DNA of 64,000 bases from an uncultured Gemmatimonadales bacterium (GTDB lineage Bacteria; Gemmatimonadota; Gemmatimonadetes; Gemmatimonadales; GWC2-71-9): the NCBI GenBank assembly GCA_963730185.1, contig CAVSQW010000008.1:384001-448000 (forward strand), given 5' to 3'. Each line of letters opens with the position of its first letter. Within the stretch, counting starts at the first letter, position 1. Under the pieces are notes generated by a model that had not been told where the DNA came from, made no database searches, and saw only the letters and a list, made by a program, of their open reading frames with translations. This document shows positions 10,177 through 23,576 of the stretch, one piece after another. The translations under genes were made by a program, and so were the position numbers.

Positions 10177-12604
10177 CTACTCCCGCCGCAACACCTCGAT
10201 CGGAGAGAGCCGCCCGGCTCTGCGCGCGGGCCCGAGTGCGGCCGTCCCCCGGCGACGAGCAGCACCAGCCCGGCTCCCACCCAGGTCGTCAGGTCCAGCA
10301 CCCGGGCCTCTTGGAGCGCCCCCGAAAGCGGCGCGGCCAGCGCCAGGGCGAGCCCGGCCCCGAGCCCGACGCCGGTCGCCACCACGACCACGGCCTCGCG
10401 AACCACCTGCCGCCGAAGCGTCGACGGGACGGCCCCGAGAGCCAACCGGATGCCGAACTCGTTGAGCCGGCCGCTCACCGCGAACGCCACCACCCCGTAC
10501 GTGCTCAGAGCCACCATCAGCAGCGCGAATGCCCCAAAGCCGAGGACCAGCAGGGCCCCGAACCGTTGATCCGCCAGTGGCGCTTCCAGGGCCGTTGCCA
10601 GGGTCCCGACGTCGTAGAGCGGCAGGTCCGGGTCCAGCTGTCGGACGATCTGCCGGACCCGCTCGATCAGGGCGGCGTCGAGCGGGTGACCCCGGACCAG
10701 CAGGGTCATCGAGTTGGACCACGAGCCCGGGGCATCGCGAGCCGCGGTCTGGGCGATCGGGACGTAGACGGACGCCGGACGGGTGGGGTTGGGCTCGGCG
10801 ATGTCGGCCACGATGCCGACGACGTCGACCCAGGGGGCCGGATCGTCGGGGCGCCGAGCCAGCTTGATCCGGTGCCCGATGGCGTCGCCGGCGGGGAACA
10901 GCCGCCGGGCGGCGCTCCGGCTCAAGAGCGCCACTGGAACGCTCCCGTCGCGATCGGCCTCGCCGAAGAGCCGTCCGTTCACGAGCCGGATGCCGAGAGT
11001 GCCGAAGTAGTCCGGCGTGGCGGCCCGATAGTTCAGGATCGGGGCCGACGAGGACGGGTCGCGGTCACCCTCGACCACCACCGACCGGCCCACGTTCGAG
11101 GTCGTGAACGGGATCGGCTGGAGCGAGATCGCGCCGGCGGCGCCGACCCCTGGCAGGGCCCGAACCCGGTCCAGGATCGAGCCGACCAGGCGGACCCGGG
11201 GCGCCCGTTCCTCGTAGCCGGCGTTGGTGAATGCCATGCTCACCCGGAGCACGTCGGTGCGGTCGTATCCCAGGTCGCGGGTCATCAGGCCCACGAAGTC
11301 CCGGACCAGGGCGCTGGCTGCCACCAGGAGCGCCATGGCGAGCCCGACCTGGGCGGCGACCAGGCCGTCGAGGGCCCGCCGGCGGCCCCCGGTCAGGCCG
11401 GTTCGCCCGCCAGCCACGAGGCTTCGCCCTCGTGAGCGGGTGGCGGCCAGGGCTGGCGGAAGGCCGGCCACGAGGCCGACACCCGCGCTCAGCAGGACGG
11501 CCACCAGCACCGCGCCGCTATCGACGACGATGCTCGGGGTCACCTCCGAGAGCCGGTCGGGGATCAGGGCGCCGAGCGAACCGGCCAGGGGCCAGGCCAG
11601 GGCGATTCCCAGGGCGCCGGCCACCAGGGACAGCAGGAGGCTCTCCGTCAAGACGAGCCGAATCTGGGCGCTCGCCGAGGCGCCTAGCGCGTGTCGGATG
11701 GCGAGCTCGCGAGTGCGTCCGGCGCCCCGAACGAGCCCCAGCGTCGAGACGTTGACGCCCGCGATCAGGAGCACGAGCGCCACCCCGGCGAGGAGGGCCA
11801 TCACCACCTGGTCGGGGTCGCGATTGAACTCCTCGTCGAACGGGCGGGCCAGGAGGGTTGGAGCGGAGGCGGAGTCGACCTCCCGGGCCAACTCGGCGGC
11901 GATGGTGCGGAGCTCCGCCCGCTCTCCGGCGAGCGTGGCCCCCGGCCGGAGCCGGGCCACCACGTTCCACTCGCCGGCGCCGTTTCGCTCGGTTGGGATC
12001 GTGGTGGGGAACCAGACGTCGGCGTGGTAGGGGTAGCCGAATCGGGCCGGCATGACGCCGATGACCGTGTAGGGCGTGCCGTTGAGCGACACGCTGGCGC
12101 CGAGCACCGCCGGCCCTCCCCGAACTGGCGCTGCCAGAAGCCGTGGCTCACCAGGGCCACCCGGCTCTGGCTTCCGAGAGCCAGCTCCGCGTCGCTGAAC
12201 CGGCGGCCGAGGGCGGGCGCGACCCCCAGCACCTCGGGCCACCGCGAGGACACCTCGATGCCGGCGATTCGAACCGGATTGGCCGATCCGGTGACGGTCA
12301 GGTTGACGTAGCGCTGAGCGGTGACGTCGATCTGGCGGGCTCGCTCGATCACCGCCCGCACATGGCTGGCGGTCACGCCGGTCTGGTAGGGCTGCCCGTT
12401 GGCGGCCCACTCCAAGACCACCCGATTCAGCCGGTCGCTCTCGGGGAAGGGCAGCGGCGCGAGCAGGATCGACTTGGCGGCCGAGGTCACCGCCGTGCCG
12501 GCGGCGACCCCAGTCGCGAGCGTGACCAGGGCCACCAGGGAATAGCCCGGCCGGGCTCGGAGAGCCCGCGCGGCAAAGCGAAGATCGGACAGGATCTCTG
12601 ACAC
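10177..12604 (-). CDS. ADOP/MacB-like duplicated ABC permease, with two frameshifts
   Basis: GTG 12604 reads ILSDLRFAARALRARPGYSLVALVTLA; later LNGTPYTVIGVMP, RELAIRHALGAS, EFGIRLALGA, and ends PIEVLRRE. Frame switches near 12115 and 10245. Confidence 0.8.
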
Positions 12605-12698
12605 CGACCGCTCCCGAAAATGAGAAAGCGCCCGCCAGGCTGGCGCGGCGCTTCCTTCCCTACGACCCGCCGCCCGGCGGGGATTCTGCCTCGGGGTG

Positions 12699-15482
<2,784 letters not shown>

Positions 15483-15594
15483 CGCGTTTCCGGTGTCGTT
15501 CGAGAAGGACGAGAGTCCAACGGGCCGGTGCGCCAACGGGACACCGGCTGAAACTCCCAAGATAAACCTGGAGGCCACCACGGGCACGGCTAGC

Positions 15595-15897
15595 GTGGTA
15601 CCGAACGCGATCACCCGTCGGGACGGCGGGCTCCTGATCGAGTGGGAAGGGGGGCGGCGCCAATGGCTGCCCGCCCGGGCCCTTCGGCTGGCCTGTCCCT
15701 GTGCGGCTTGCGTGGAGGAGATGACGGGCCGTCCGCTGCTCGACCCCGAGAGCCTGCCCGACGACATTCGTCCCGTCACGCTCCAGCTGGTCGGCGCCTA
15801 CGGGCTCAGAGTCCACTGGAGTGACGGGCACGCAACCGGGATCTTCTCCTTCGACTGGCTCCAGCGGCGGCCGGACGGCGACGGAGGCCCCACGTGA
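15595..15897 (+). CDS. DUF971 / GBBH-like N-terminal domain protein
   Basis: [34 protein letters not shown]. Start codon uncertain. Confidence 0.8.
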   Translation: MVPNAITRRDGGLLIEWEGGRRQWLPARALRLACPCAACVEEMTGRPLLDPESLPDDIRPVTLQLVGAYGLRVHWSDGHATGIFSFDWLQRRPDGDGGPT

Positions 15898-16199
15898 TCG
15901 GGCGCCGGTACTGGATCTGGATCTGGTACGGCATTCTCGCCCTCGGGGTGGTGGGGCTGATCGCGGCCCTGCACTGGGGTCGCAAGACGGGTTGGAAGAA
16001 CCTCGACGAGATTCTCCGGGCGGTCGGCACCATCGCCGTGTCGGTCGGGATGATCCTGCTGCTGCAGCGGATCGGGGGCGGGGTCGCCTATACTTTGTTC
16101 ATTGCCGCCCTGCTGGCCTTCGTTCTGGCGTTCGTGCTCGGGCGGCGACCTGAAGACGAACGTTCCGGATACCGGGACGAGGAGGATGACGACGCGTGA
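15894..16199 (+). CDS. Small membrane protein (about 3 TM) with acidic tail
   Basis: Three hydrophobic stretches; 4-bp overlaps with both neighbours. Confidence 0.7.
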   Translation: MIGRRYWIWIWYGILALGVVGLIAALHWGRKTGWKNLDEILRAVGTIAVSVGMILLLQRIGGGVAYTLFIAALLAFVLAFVLGRRPEDERSGYRDEEDDDA

Positions 16200-18616
16200 A
16201 TTGGCGCAGGACGTTTGGACTCGCGGTCGGAGTCCTGACCTCGGCGGCTCCCGCCGCCGGGGCGCAGATCGTGGGGCCGTCGACCGGCGGGGCCGCGGCC
16301 CTGGCCCAGGCCGAGCGGATGCTCGGCCACACCAAGCGGGTCCTGATGATCGGGGCCCATCCCGACGACGAAGACACCGAGCTGCTCACCTATTTGGTCC
16401 GCCACGACGGGGCCGAGGCGGCCTATCTCGCCCTGTCCCGAGGTGAGGGCGGGCAGAATCTGATCGGACCCGAGCTGGGCGACGCCCTCGGCCTGATCCG
16501 GACCGAGGAGTTGCTCGGCGCGCGCCGCCTCGATGGGGCCCGCCAGTACTTCAGCCGGGCCTTCGATTTCGGCTTTTCCAAGACCATCACCGAGGCGTTC
16601 CGGTTCTGGCCCCGCGATACGGTGCTCAAGGACGTGGTCCGGATCATCCGCCGGTTCCGGCCCCAGATCGTCGTCTCGATCTTCTCGGGTACCCCGCGCG
16701 ACGGACACGGGCAGCATCAGGTGGCGGGCTGGGCCGCCCGGGCCGCCTTCGACGCGGCCGGTGACCCGGCCCGCTTTCCCGAGCTCCAGACCGACGAGGG
16801 GCTGGCGCCGTGGAGCCCCCAGAAGCTCTATCGATCGGCGCGGTTCGATACCACCGGCACCTCGATCACGCTCGACGGCGGCCTCCTCGATCCCGAGATC
16901 GGCCAGTCGTATCGGCAGATCGCGATGCGGGGCCGGAGCCTGCACCGATCGCAGGACATGGGCATGCTCCAGGAGATCGGGCCCAGCCAGATCCGGCTGG
17001 CCCTGGTCGAGGATCGAACCGGCGGGGGCGCGTCCCTCTTTGCCGGCATCGACACCATGCCTCCGCCGCCGGGCGCCACCACCATCGAGGCGCGCGACCT
17101 GGCCCGCCACGCCGCCACGGCGGCGGCGATCAAGGCCGGCGTCATCGTCGACGCCATCGCCGACCAGGCGCGGCTCGTGCCCGGCTCGACCGTGCACCTT
17201 CGGCTGTCGCTCTGGAACGCCGGGCAGCACCCGGTCAGCGGCACGGTGCGCCTGGCGCTCCGTCCGGGGTGGCAGTCCCAGGGAGAGTGCCTGGGTGACA
17301 CGTGGGCGGTGGCGCCGGACGACATCCGGCGCTGCGACCTGACGGTCACGGTCCCGGAGGACGCGGAGCTCACCACGCCCTACTTCCTGGCCCGGCCGCG
17401 AGTCGGCGCCCTCTACCAGTGGACCGGTCCGCCCTCGGTCTGGGGCGAGCCGTTCGGGCCGCCGCTGATCACGGCGCATTTCACGGTGAGCGGTCCGGCC
17501 CTGGCGCCGATCGAGCTGACCCGCGAGGTGGTCGAGCGGATTCGCGACCAGGCAATCGGCGAGCTCCGCAAGCCGCTCGCCGTGGTGCCCCGGGTCGACG
17601 TGAAGGTGAGCCCGGAAACCGTGGTGTGGCCGGTCGCCAGTCGGGCCCCGGAGAAACTCACCGTGACCCTGCAGCACGCGGGCGACGATACCACCCGGGG
17701 CAGCGTCCACCTCGACCTCCCGGCCGGCTGGCCCGCCGTGGCACCGGTGCCGTTCGAGCTCGACCGAGCGGAGGAGCGCCGGGCGTTCACCCTATCCGTC
17801 CGGGCGCCGGCCGGGGTCCAGCCCGGTACCTACACCATCCGGGCCTTCGCGCGGGATCGGACCGGCAAGCGGTACGATACCGGCGTGGTGATGGTGAGCT
17901 ACCCTCACATCCGGGACCGCGGGTACACCAAGCCGAGTACCGTGACGGTCCACGCGGCGGATGTCGCCCTCCCCGTGGTCGCCCACATCGGCTATGTCCG
18001 GGGCGCGGCCGACCGGGTGCCCGAGGCGTTGGCGGGCGTCGGGGTCCACGTCGACCTGCTCGACGCGGTCGCCCTCGACCGGGGAGATCTCTCGCAGTAC
18101 GACGTGATCGTGATCGGGAGCCGCGCCTACGAGACCGATCCCGCCTTGATCGAGAACAACGGCCGGCTGCTCGACTACGCGAGGGGCGGCGGCCACGTGG
18201 TGGTCCAGTACCAGCAGCAGCCCTACTTCCAGGGCGACTTCGCGCCGTACCCTCTCACCGTGGCCCGACCGCACGACCGGGTTACCGACGAGACGGCGCC
18301 GGTCCGGCTCCTCGCCCCGGATGACCCGGTCTTCCAGTCGCCCAACCGGATCGGGCCGTCGGACTGGAACGACTGGATCCAGGAGCGGGGTCTCTACTTC
18401 GCCCATACCTGGGATCCGAAGTACCGCCCCCTGCTGGAGATGGCCGATCCGGGCGAGGCTCCCCTCCGGGGGGGCATGCTGCTGACGACCGTGGGCAAGG
18501 GGACCTATCTCTACACCGGCCTCGCCTTCTTCCGACAGCTCCCGGCCGGGGTGCCGGGCGCGTTCCGGCTCTTCGTCAACCTGCTCGACCTGAGGTCCCG
18601 TGGCGCGCTTCCCTGA
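16196..18616 (+). CDS. PIG-L/LmbE family deacetylase with NEW3/Ig-like and C-terminal GATase-like domains, secreted
   Basis: Signal peptide, AHPDDED, RGEGGQNLIG, DFGFSK, GHGQH; C-terminal IVIGSRAY, WIQERGLYF, FFRQLPAGVPGA. Confidence 0.88.
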   Translation: MNWRRTFGLAVGVLTSAAPAAGAQIVGPSTGGAAALAQAERMLGHTKRVLMIGAHPDDEDTELLTYLVRHDGAEAAYLALSRGEGGQNLIGPELGDALGLIRTEELLGARRLDGARQYFSRAFDFGFSKTITEAFRFWPRDTVLKDVVRIIRRFRPQIVVSIFSGTPRDGHGQHQVAGWAARAAFDAAGDPARFPELQTDEGLAPWSPQKLYRSARFDTTGTSITLDGGLLDPEIGQSYRQIAMRGRSLHRSQDMGMLQEIGPSQIRLALVEDRTGGGASLFAGIDTMPPPPGATTIEARDLARHAATAAAIKAGVIVDAIADQARLVPGSTVHLRLSLWNAGQHPVSGTVRLALRPGWQSQGECLGDTWAVAPDDIRRCDLTVTVPEDAELTTPYFLARPRVGALYQWTGPPSVWGEPFGPPLITAHFTVSGPALAPIELTREVVERIRDQAIGELRKPLAVVPRVDVKVSPETVVWPVASRAPEKLTVTLQHAGDDTTRGSVHLDLPAGWPAVAPVPFELDRAEERRAFTLSVRAPAGVQPGTYTIRAFARDRTGKRYDTGVVMVSYPHIRDRGYTKPSTVTVHAADVALPVVAHIGYVRGAADRVPEALAGVGVHVDLLDAVALDRGDLSQYDVIVIGSRAYETDPALIENNGRLLDYARGGGHVVVQYQQQPYFQGDFAPYPLTVARPHDRVTDETAPVRLLAPDDPVFQSPNRIGPSDWNDWIQERGLYFAHTWDPKYRPLLEMADPGEAPLRGGMLLTTVGKGTYLYTGLAFFRQLPAGVPGAFRLFVNLLDLRSRGALP

Positions 18617-19649
18617 GCTGGTGGCGGTCGGGTTCGCCGCCCTGCTCGCGGCGTGCGGGGGAGACCACCGCACGCCGCTCGTGCTCTACTCGCCCCACGG
18701 GCGGGACCAGCTCGAGCTGCTCGAGCACGCCTTCGAAGCCCACCACCCGGAGATCGACGTCCGCTGGCTCGACATGGGCAGCCAGGAGGTGCTCGACCGG
18801 ATCCGCTCCGAGCGGGTGAACCCGCAGGCCGACGTCTGGTTCGGTGGCCCGACCACCCTGTTCGACCGGGGGATCGGCGACAGCCTTCTGGCCCCGTACC
18901 GGCCCGACTGGGCGGCGAGCGTCGGTCCTCGCGGGGTCGGCCCCGGCGATCTCTACTATCCGGCCTATCGGACGCCCGCGGTGATCGCCTTCAACGCGGA
19001 CGCGGTGCCCCCCGCCGAGGCGCCCCACGATTGGGACGATGTGCTCGACCCGAAGTGGACCGACAAGGTGCTGATCCGCGACCCGGTGGCGAGCGGGACC
19101 ATGCGGGCCATCTGGGGGTTGATCCTGGTCCGGAGCCTCCGGGCAACGGGTGACACGGCCCAGGGCATGGCCTGGCTCCGCCGGCTGGACGGCCAGACCA
19201 AAGCCTATGCGCTCAATCCCGCGATCCTGATGGAGCGCCTGTCTCGGCGGGAGGGTCTGGTGACGCTCTGGGACCTGCCCGACGTGCTGATCGACCAGGC
19301 CAAAGGCCTGCCCCTGGGCTACACCTTTCCGACCAGCGGCACCGTGGTGATCGACGACGGCATCGGGCTGGTGCGGGGGGCCCGCCACCCCGAGGCCGCC
19401 AAGGCCTTCATCGACTTCGTCGGGTCGGTCGAGGGGCAGCTGCTGGCGGCCCGCAAGGTGTTCCGCCTCCCGGCACGCGACGATTTGCCGGCCGACTCGA
19501 TTCCCGCCTGGGTCGGCGAGGTCGAGCGCTCGATGGTGGTGGCCGACATGGATTGGGATCTGCTGACCCGGGACGGGAGCGCCTGGATGCGCTACTGGGA
19601 TCAGCACGTTCGGGGCTCCGGTCACCGGGAGCGCCCCCGTGCCCCCTGA
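18600..19649 (+). CDS. ABC transporter substrate-binding lipoprotein (Fe3+/AfuA-like)
   Basis: Lipobox LAAC, ERVNPQADVWFGG, RDPVASGT. Confidence 0.85.
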   Translation: MARFPELVAVGFAALLAACGGDHRTPLVLYSPHGRDQLELLEHAFEAHHPEIDVRWLDMGSQEVLDRIRSERVNPQADVWFGGPTTLFDRGIGDSLLAPYRPDWAASVGPRGVGPGDLYYPAYRTPAVIAFNADAVPPAEAPHDWDDVLDPKWTDKVLIRDPVASGTMRAIWGLILVRSLRATGDTAQGMAWLRRLDGQTKAYALNPAILMERLSRREGLVTLWDLPDVLIDQAKGLPLGYTFPTSGTVVIDDGIGLVRGARHPEAAKAFIDFVGSVEGQLLAARKVFRLPARDDLPADSIPAWVGEVERSMVVADMDWDLLTRDGSAWMRYWDQHVRGSGHRERPRAP

Positions 19650-20694
19650 CGGCGCGGCGGCGCTCAAACTGGAGGGCCTGACCCGCGACTTCGGCGCCGA
19701 GGCGGGCGTCCACGATCTTTCCCTGGAGCTCGAGGGCGGCCGGATTCTCGCCCTGCTCGGCCCGAGCGGGTCCGGCAAGACCACCACCCTCCGTCTCCTG
19801 GCCGGGTTCGAGACGCCGGACCGGGGCCGGATCCTGGCCGGCGGCGATGACGTAACCCGGCTCTCGCCGGTGGCTCGCCGGTTCGGGATGGTGTTCCAGC
19901 ACTACGCGCTCTTCCCCCACCTCGACGTCGGCGCCAACGTGGGCTTCGGGCTCGAGGCGCGGGCGATGTCGCGCCCGGCGCGAGCCGAGCGGGTGGCCCA
20001 GTCGCTGGCGGCGGTGGATCTGGCCGGCTTCGAGCGCCGGTCGGTGGCCTCGCTCTCCGGCGGGCAGCAGCAGCGGGTCGCGGTGGCCCGGGCCCTCGCG
20101 CCCGAGCCCCGGGTCCTGCTCCTCGACGAGCCTCTCTCCAATCTCGACCCCACCCTCCGGGAGCGGACCCGGCGCGAGCTCCGGCAGTTGATCGAACGGA
20201 TCGGGATCACCACGGTGCTGGTCACCCATGAGCAGGACGAGGCTTTCGATCTGGCCGATCGGGTGGCCGTGCTCCACCAGGGACGGCTGGAGCAGGTCGG
20301 GACGCCCGAGGCCCTCTACGACCGACCGGAGAGTCCCTTCGTGGCCCGATTCGTCGGCCGATCGGCGGTCGTCCCGGTCACCGTCACCCGGGCGGGACCT
20401 CGGGCCCTGGTGACCCTGCCGGACGGCTCGCCGCTCGAGCTCCCGATCGAGGCGCCGGCCGAGGGTCCGGCCACGCTCTGTCTTCGGCCTGAGGCGCTCC
20501 GCCTCGCGGCGCCGGGCCGTACGGCGGGGCGGGTGACCTATCGCCGGTTCCAGGGGGCCCGGTCGCTGGTGGCGGTGTCGTGGGGCGGGGTGACCGTGGA
20601 GGTAGAGGCCGGGCCGCACGACGCCCTTCCCGGTGACCAGGTCGGGTTGGAGCTCGCCGATCGCGGGCTCTTCCTTTTTCCCCGATCGACGTGA
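19639..20694 (+). CDS. ABC transporter ATP-binding protein (FbpC/PotA-like)
   Basis: GPSGSGKTT, LSGGQQQRVA, LLLDEPLSNLD. Confidence 0.9.
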   Translation: MPPDGAAALKLEGLTRDFGAEAGVHDLSLELEGGRILALLGPSGSGKTTTLRLLAGFETPDRGRILAGGDDVTRLSPVARRFGMVFQHYALFPHLDVGANVGFGLEARAMSRPARAERVAQSLAAVDLAGFERRSVASLSGGQQQRVAVARALAPEPRVLLLDEPLSNLDPTLRERTRRELRQLIERIGITTVLVTHEQDEAFDLADRVAVLHQGRLEQVGTPEALYDRPESPFVARFVGRSAVVPVTVTRAGPRALVTLPDGSPLELPIEAPAEGPATLCLRPEALRLAAPGRTAGRVTYRRFQGARSLVAVSWGGVTVEVEAGPHDALPGDQVGLELADRGLFLFPRST

Positions 20695-22355
20695 TGAACC
20701 GGCGGCGCCCGGGGGTCGAAGCGGCGGGGGTGCTGGTGGGGTTGGCCTTGGCCTGGCTGGTCCTCCTGCCCCTCGCGTTCGTGCTGATCGAGGCCTTCCG
20801 CGGACCGGCGGGGCCGACGATCGAGCCGGTCCTCCGGTTCGTTCACTCGGCCAGCGAGTGGCGGGCCGTGTGGGCGTCGCTGGTGCTCTCCGTCGCCAGC
20901 GTACTCGGCGCCGGGCTCCTAGGGGTGCCGCTGGCGTTCCTGGTGACCCGGGTGCGATTCCCGGGGCGCCGGCTGGCGGGTACGCTGCTGGCGCTGCCGG
21001 CGGTGCTCCCGCCGCTCGTCGGCGTGCTGGCCTTCCTGTTCCTCTACGGCGAGACCGGGTTCGTTCCCCATCTGATCCAGGCCGTGCTGGGCCTGGACCG
21101 GCCGCCCTGGCGGCTCGAAGGCGGCGTCGCGGTGCTGTTCGTCCACATCACCACGATGTACGTCTACTTCTACCTCTTCACCCGGGCCGGGCTCGCCGGC
21201 CTCGACGCCTCGGTGTACGAGGCGGCGGCGTCGCTCGGGGCGGGGCGGTGGCGGACCTTCGGCCGGGTGACGCTGCCGCTCCTGCGTCCCCATCTGGCCG
21301 GGGCGTCGCTCCTGGTGCTGATGACGTCGCTGGCCTCGTTCAGCGCGCCCTATATCTTCGGCGGCACCTTCCGGGTGATGACCACCCAGATCATGGCCAC
21401 CAAGCTCAATGGCGACGACCGCCTGGCGATGGTGGAGACCCTCTCCCTGACCATCCTGGCGCTGATCGGCCTGGTGCTGATCCGGCGGGTCGAGGGCAGC
21501 CGCGACCTCGGCGGTGGAGTGAAGGGCGTGCCTCCCGCTCCCCGGCCACCCCGGAGCCGGTGGGCCCGGGTGGCTTTGCCGGGGCTGGCCTGGGTGGCCG
21601 CTGGGGTGCTGGTGCTGCCCCACCTGGCCCTGCTCCTGGTGTCGCTGGTTCCGGTCGGGACCTGGACGATTCAGGCCCTCCCGCCGACCCTGACCCTGGG
21701 GAACTACGGCACCCTGTTCCGCGACCCGGTGCGTCTGGGGCCGATCCTGACCAGCGGCTGGATGGGCACCGTGGCGACGGTGGCAGCGGTGGTCCTGACG
21801 TTCCTGGTGGGGACGCTGGCGGTCCGGCGGCGGGTGGCGGTCGGCCGGGCGCTCGAAGCGATGACCTCGCTTCCCTGGGCCGTCCCCGGCACGGTGTTCG
21901 CCATCGCCCTCGCCACGGCCTTCAGTGTCAACGCCCCGCTTACCGGGCGGGTGGTCCTGGTCGGGACCCTTTGGATCCTGCCGATCGCCTACCTGGTGCG
22001 GAGCCTGCCGGTTACCGGCCGGGCGATGCTGGCCGGCTTTCGGCAGCTCGATCCCTCGCTCGAGGAAGTGGCGGCGACCCTGGGGGCCGGTCCAGCGCGA
22101 GTGGCGTGGCGGGTTACGCTTCCGCTTCTCCGGCCGGCGATCGTGGCCGGCGCCAGCCTGGCGTTCGTGACGGCGTTCGGTGACTTCGTCACCTCGATCC
22201 TTCTCTACACCTACGATACCCGGCCGATCTCGCTCGAGATCCTGGCCAGCCTCCGGCAGTCCGACGTCGGGGTCGCCGCGGCCTACGGGGTGCTCCTGAT
22301 GGCGATCAGCGCGGTCGTGTTCTTCGTGGCGGGCGAGGGGAGCACGGCGGGATGA
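20691..22355 (+). CDS. Iron ABC transporter permease (FbpB-like, duplicated)
   Basis: Two EAA loops (YEAAASLGA, LEEVAATLGA); about 12 TM. Confidence 0.88.
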   Translation: MMNRRRPGVEAAGVLVGLALAWLVLLPLAFVLIEAFRGPAGPTIEPVLRFVHSASEWRAVWASLVLSVASVLGAGLLGVPLAFLVTRVRFPGRRLAGTLLALPAVLPPLVGVLAFLFLYGETGFVPHLIQAVLGLDRPPWRLEGGVAVLFVHITTMYVYFYLFTRAGLAGLDASVYEAAASLGAGRWRTFGRVTLPLLRPHLAGASLLVLMTSLASFSAPYIFGGTFRVMTTQIMATKLNGDDRLAMVETLSLTILALIGLVLIRRVEGSRDLGGGVKGVPPAPRPPRSRWARVALPGLAWVAAGVLVLPHLALLLVSLVPVGTWTIQALPPTLTLGNYGTLFRDPVRLGPILTSGWMGTVATVAAVVLTFLVGTLAVRRRVAVGRALEAMTSLPWAVPGTVFAIALATAFSVNAPLTGRVVLVGTLWILPIAYLVRSLPVTGRAMLAGFRQLDPSLEEVAATLGAGPARVAWRVTLPLLRPAIVAGASLAFVTAFGDFVTSILLYTYDTRPISLEILASLRQSDVGVAAAYGVLLMAISAVVFFVAGEGSTAG

Positions 22356-23566
22356 CGCCTCCGGCGCCGACCCGGCGTGAGATGCTCAAGCAGCTCTCGG
22401 TGCTGATCGCGACGGCGGCGATCGACATGATCGGCTTCGCGATGGTGCTGCCGCTTCTGCCGTTCTACGCCCTCCGGCTCCAGGCCTCGCCCGAGACGAT
22501 CGGGCTGCTGATCGCCTCCTACTCGGTGGCCCAGCTCGCCACGGCGCCGCTGTGGGGGCGGGTCTCCGATCGATACGGCCGGCGGCCGGCCCTCCTGGCC
22601 GGGCTGATCGGCTCGGCGATCGCGTACGTGGTCTTCGCCTTCGCCGGCTCGGTCTGGCTCCTCTTCGCCTCCCGGATCATTCAGGGCGCGGGGGGCGGCA
22701 CCACCGGCGTCGCCCAGGCCTACGTGGCCGACACGGTCGGGCCCCGCGATCGGGCCCAGGCGCTCGGCTGGCTGAGCGCGGCCACCTCGCTCGGCGTGAT
22801 GCTCGGCCCGGTGGTGGGATCGCTGGCCCACGGGCTCGGCGCCGCGGCCCCGGGGCTGATCGCCGCGGTGCTCTGTCTCGTCAACATCGGCTTCGCCTGG
22901 AGATGGCTCCCCGAGTCGAGGAAGCGCACCGAGGGCGGCCAGCCGAGGACCGCGATCTGGACGGCGATCTCGCGGGTGGTCAGCCGGCCCGGCACTCCCG
23001 TGCCCCGGCTGATCTGGATCTACGCGGCCGGGATGCTCGGCTTCACCGCCATGACCGCCGTCCTGGCGCTCTTCCTCGACCAGCGATTCGGGATCACCGA
23101 GGGGACGATCGGGTACTTCTTCTTCTACGTCGGCTTGCTCTCGTTCGTGATGCGCTCGGTGCTGCTCGGGCCGATCGTGCGGCGGATCGGGGAACGGGGC
23201 GCGATGCGCGCCGGCACGGTCCTGCTGGGGCTCGGCCTTGCCGCGTATCCCTTGGCGCCAAACCTGTGGGTCCTGGCCCTGATCATTCCGCTCGTGCCGA
23301 TCGGGACGGCCTTGCTCTTCCCGTCGACCACGGCGTTGATCTCCCACAACACCAAGACGGCCGACCTGGGGACGACGATGGGTGTGGCCCAAACCTTCGC
23401 GGGCATGGCCCGGGTCGCGTCGCCGCTGATCGCCACCTCGGCCTTCCAGCGATTCGGCGAAGGGATGCCGTTCTATGTGGCGGCCGGGATCGTGGCGGGC
23501 GTTGGGGTGCTGGCCTTCCGGTTGCCGGCTCCTCCGGGCGTCCCGGTGGAGGACCCGGGGGGTTAG
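22352..23566 (+). CDS. MFS transporter (TetA/DHA1-like)
   Basis: Motif A GRVSDRYGRRPAL, AYVAD, about 12 TM. Confidence 0.88.
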   Translation: MTPPAPTRREMLKQLSVLIATAAIDMIGFAMVLPLLPFYALRLQASPETIGLLIASYSVAQLATAPLWGRVSDRYGRRPALLAGLIGSAIAYVVFAFAGSVWLLFASRIIQGAGGGTTGVAQAYVADTVGPRDRAQALGWLSAATSLGVMLGPVVGSLAHGLGAAAPGLIAAVLCLVNIGFAWRWLPESRKRTEGGQPRTAIWTAISRVVSRPGTPVPRLIWIYAAGMLGFTAMTAVLALFLDQRFGITEGTIGYFFFYVGLLSFVMRSVLLGPIVRRIGERGAMRAGTVLLGLGLAAYPLAPNLWVLALIIPLVPIGTALLFPSTTALISHNTKTADLGTTMGVAQTFAGMARVASPLIATSAFQRFGEGMPFYVAAGIVAGVGVLAFRLPAPPGVPVEDPGG

Positions 23567-23576
23567 CTTCCGGACC

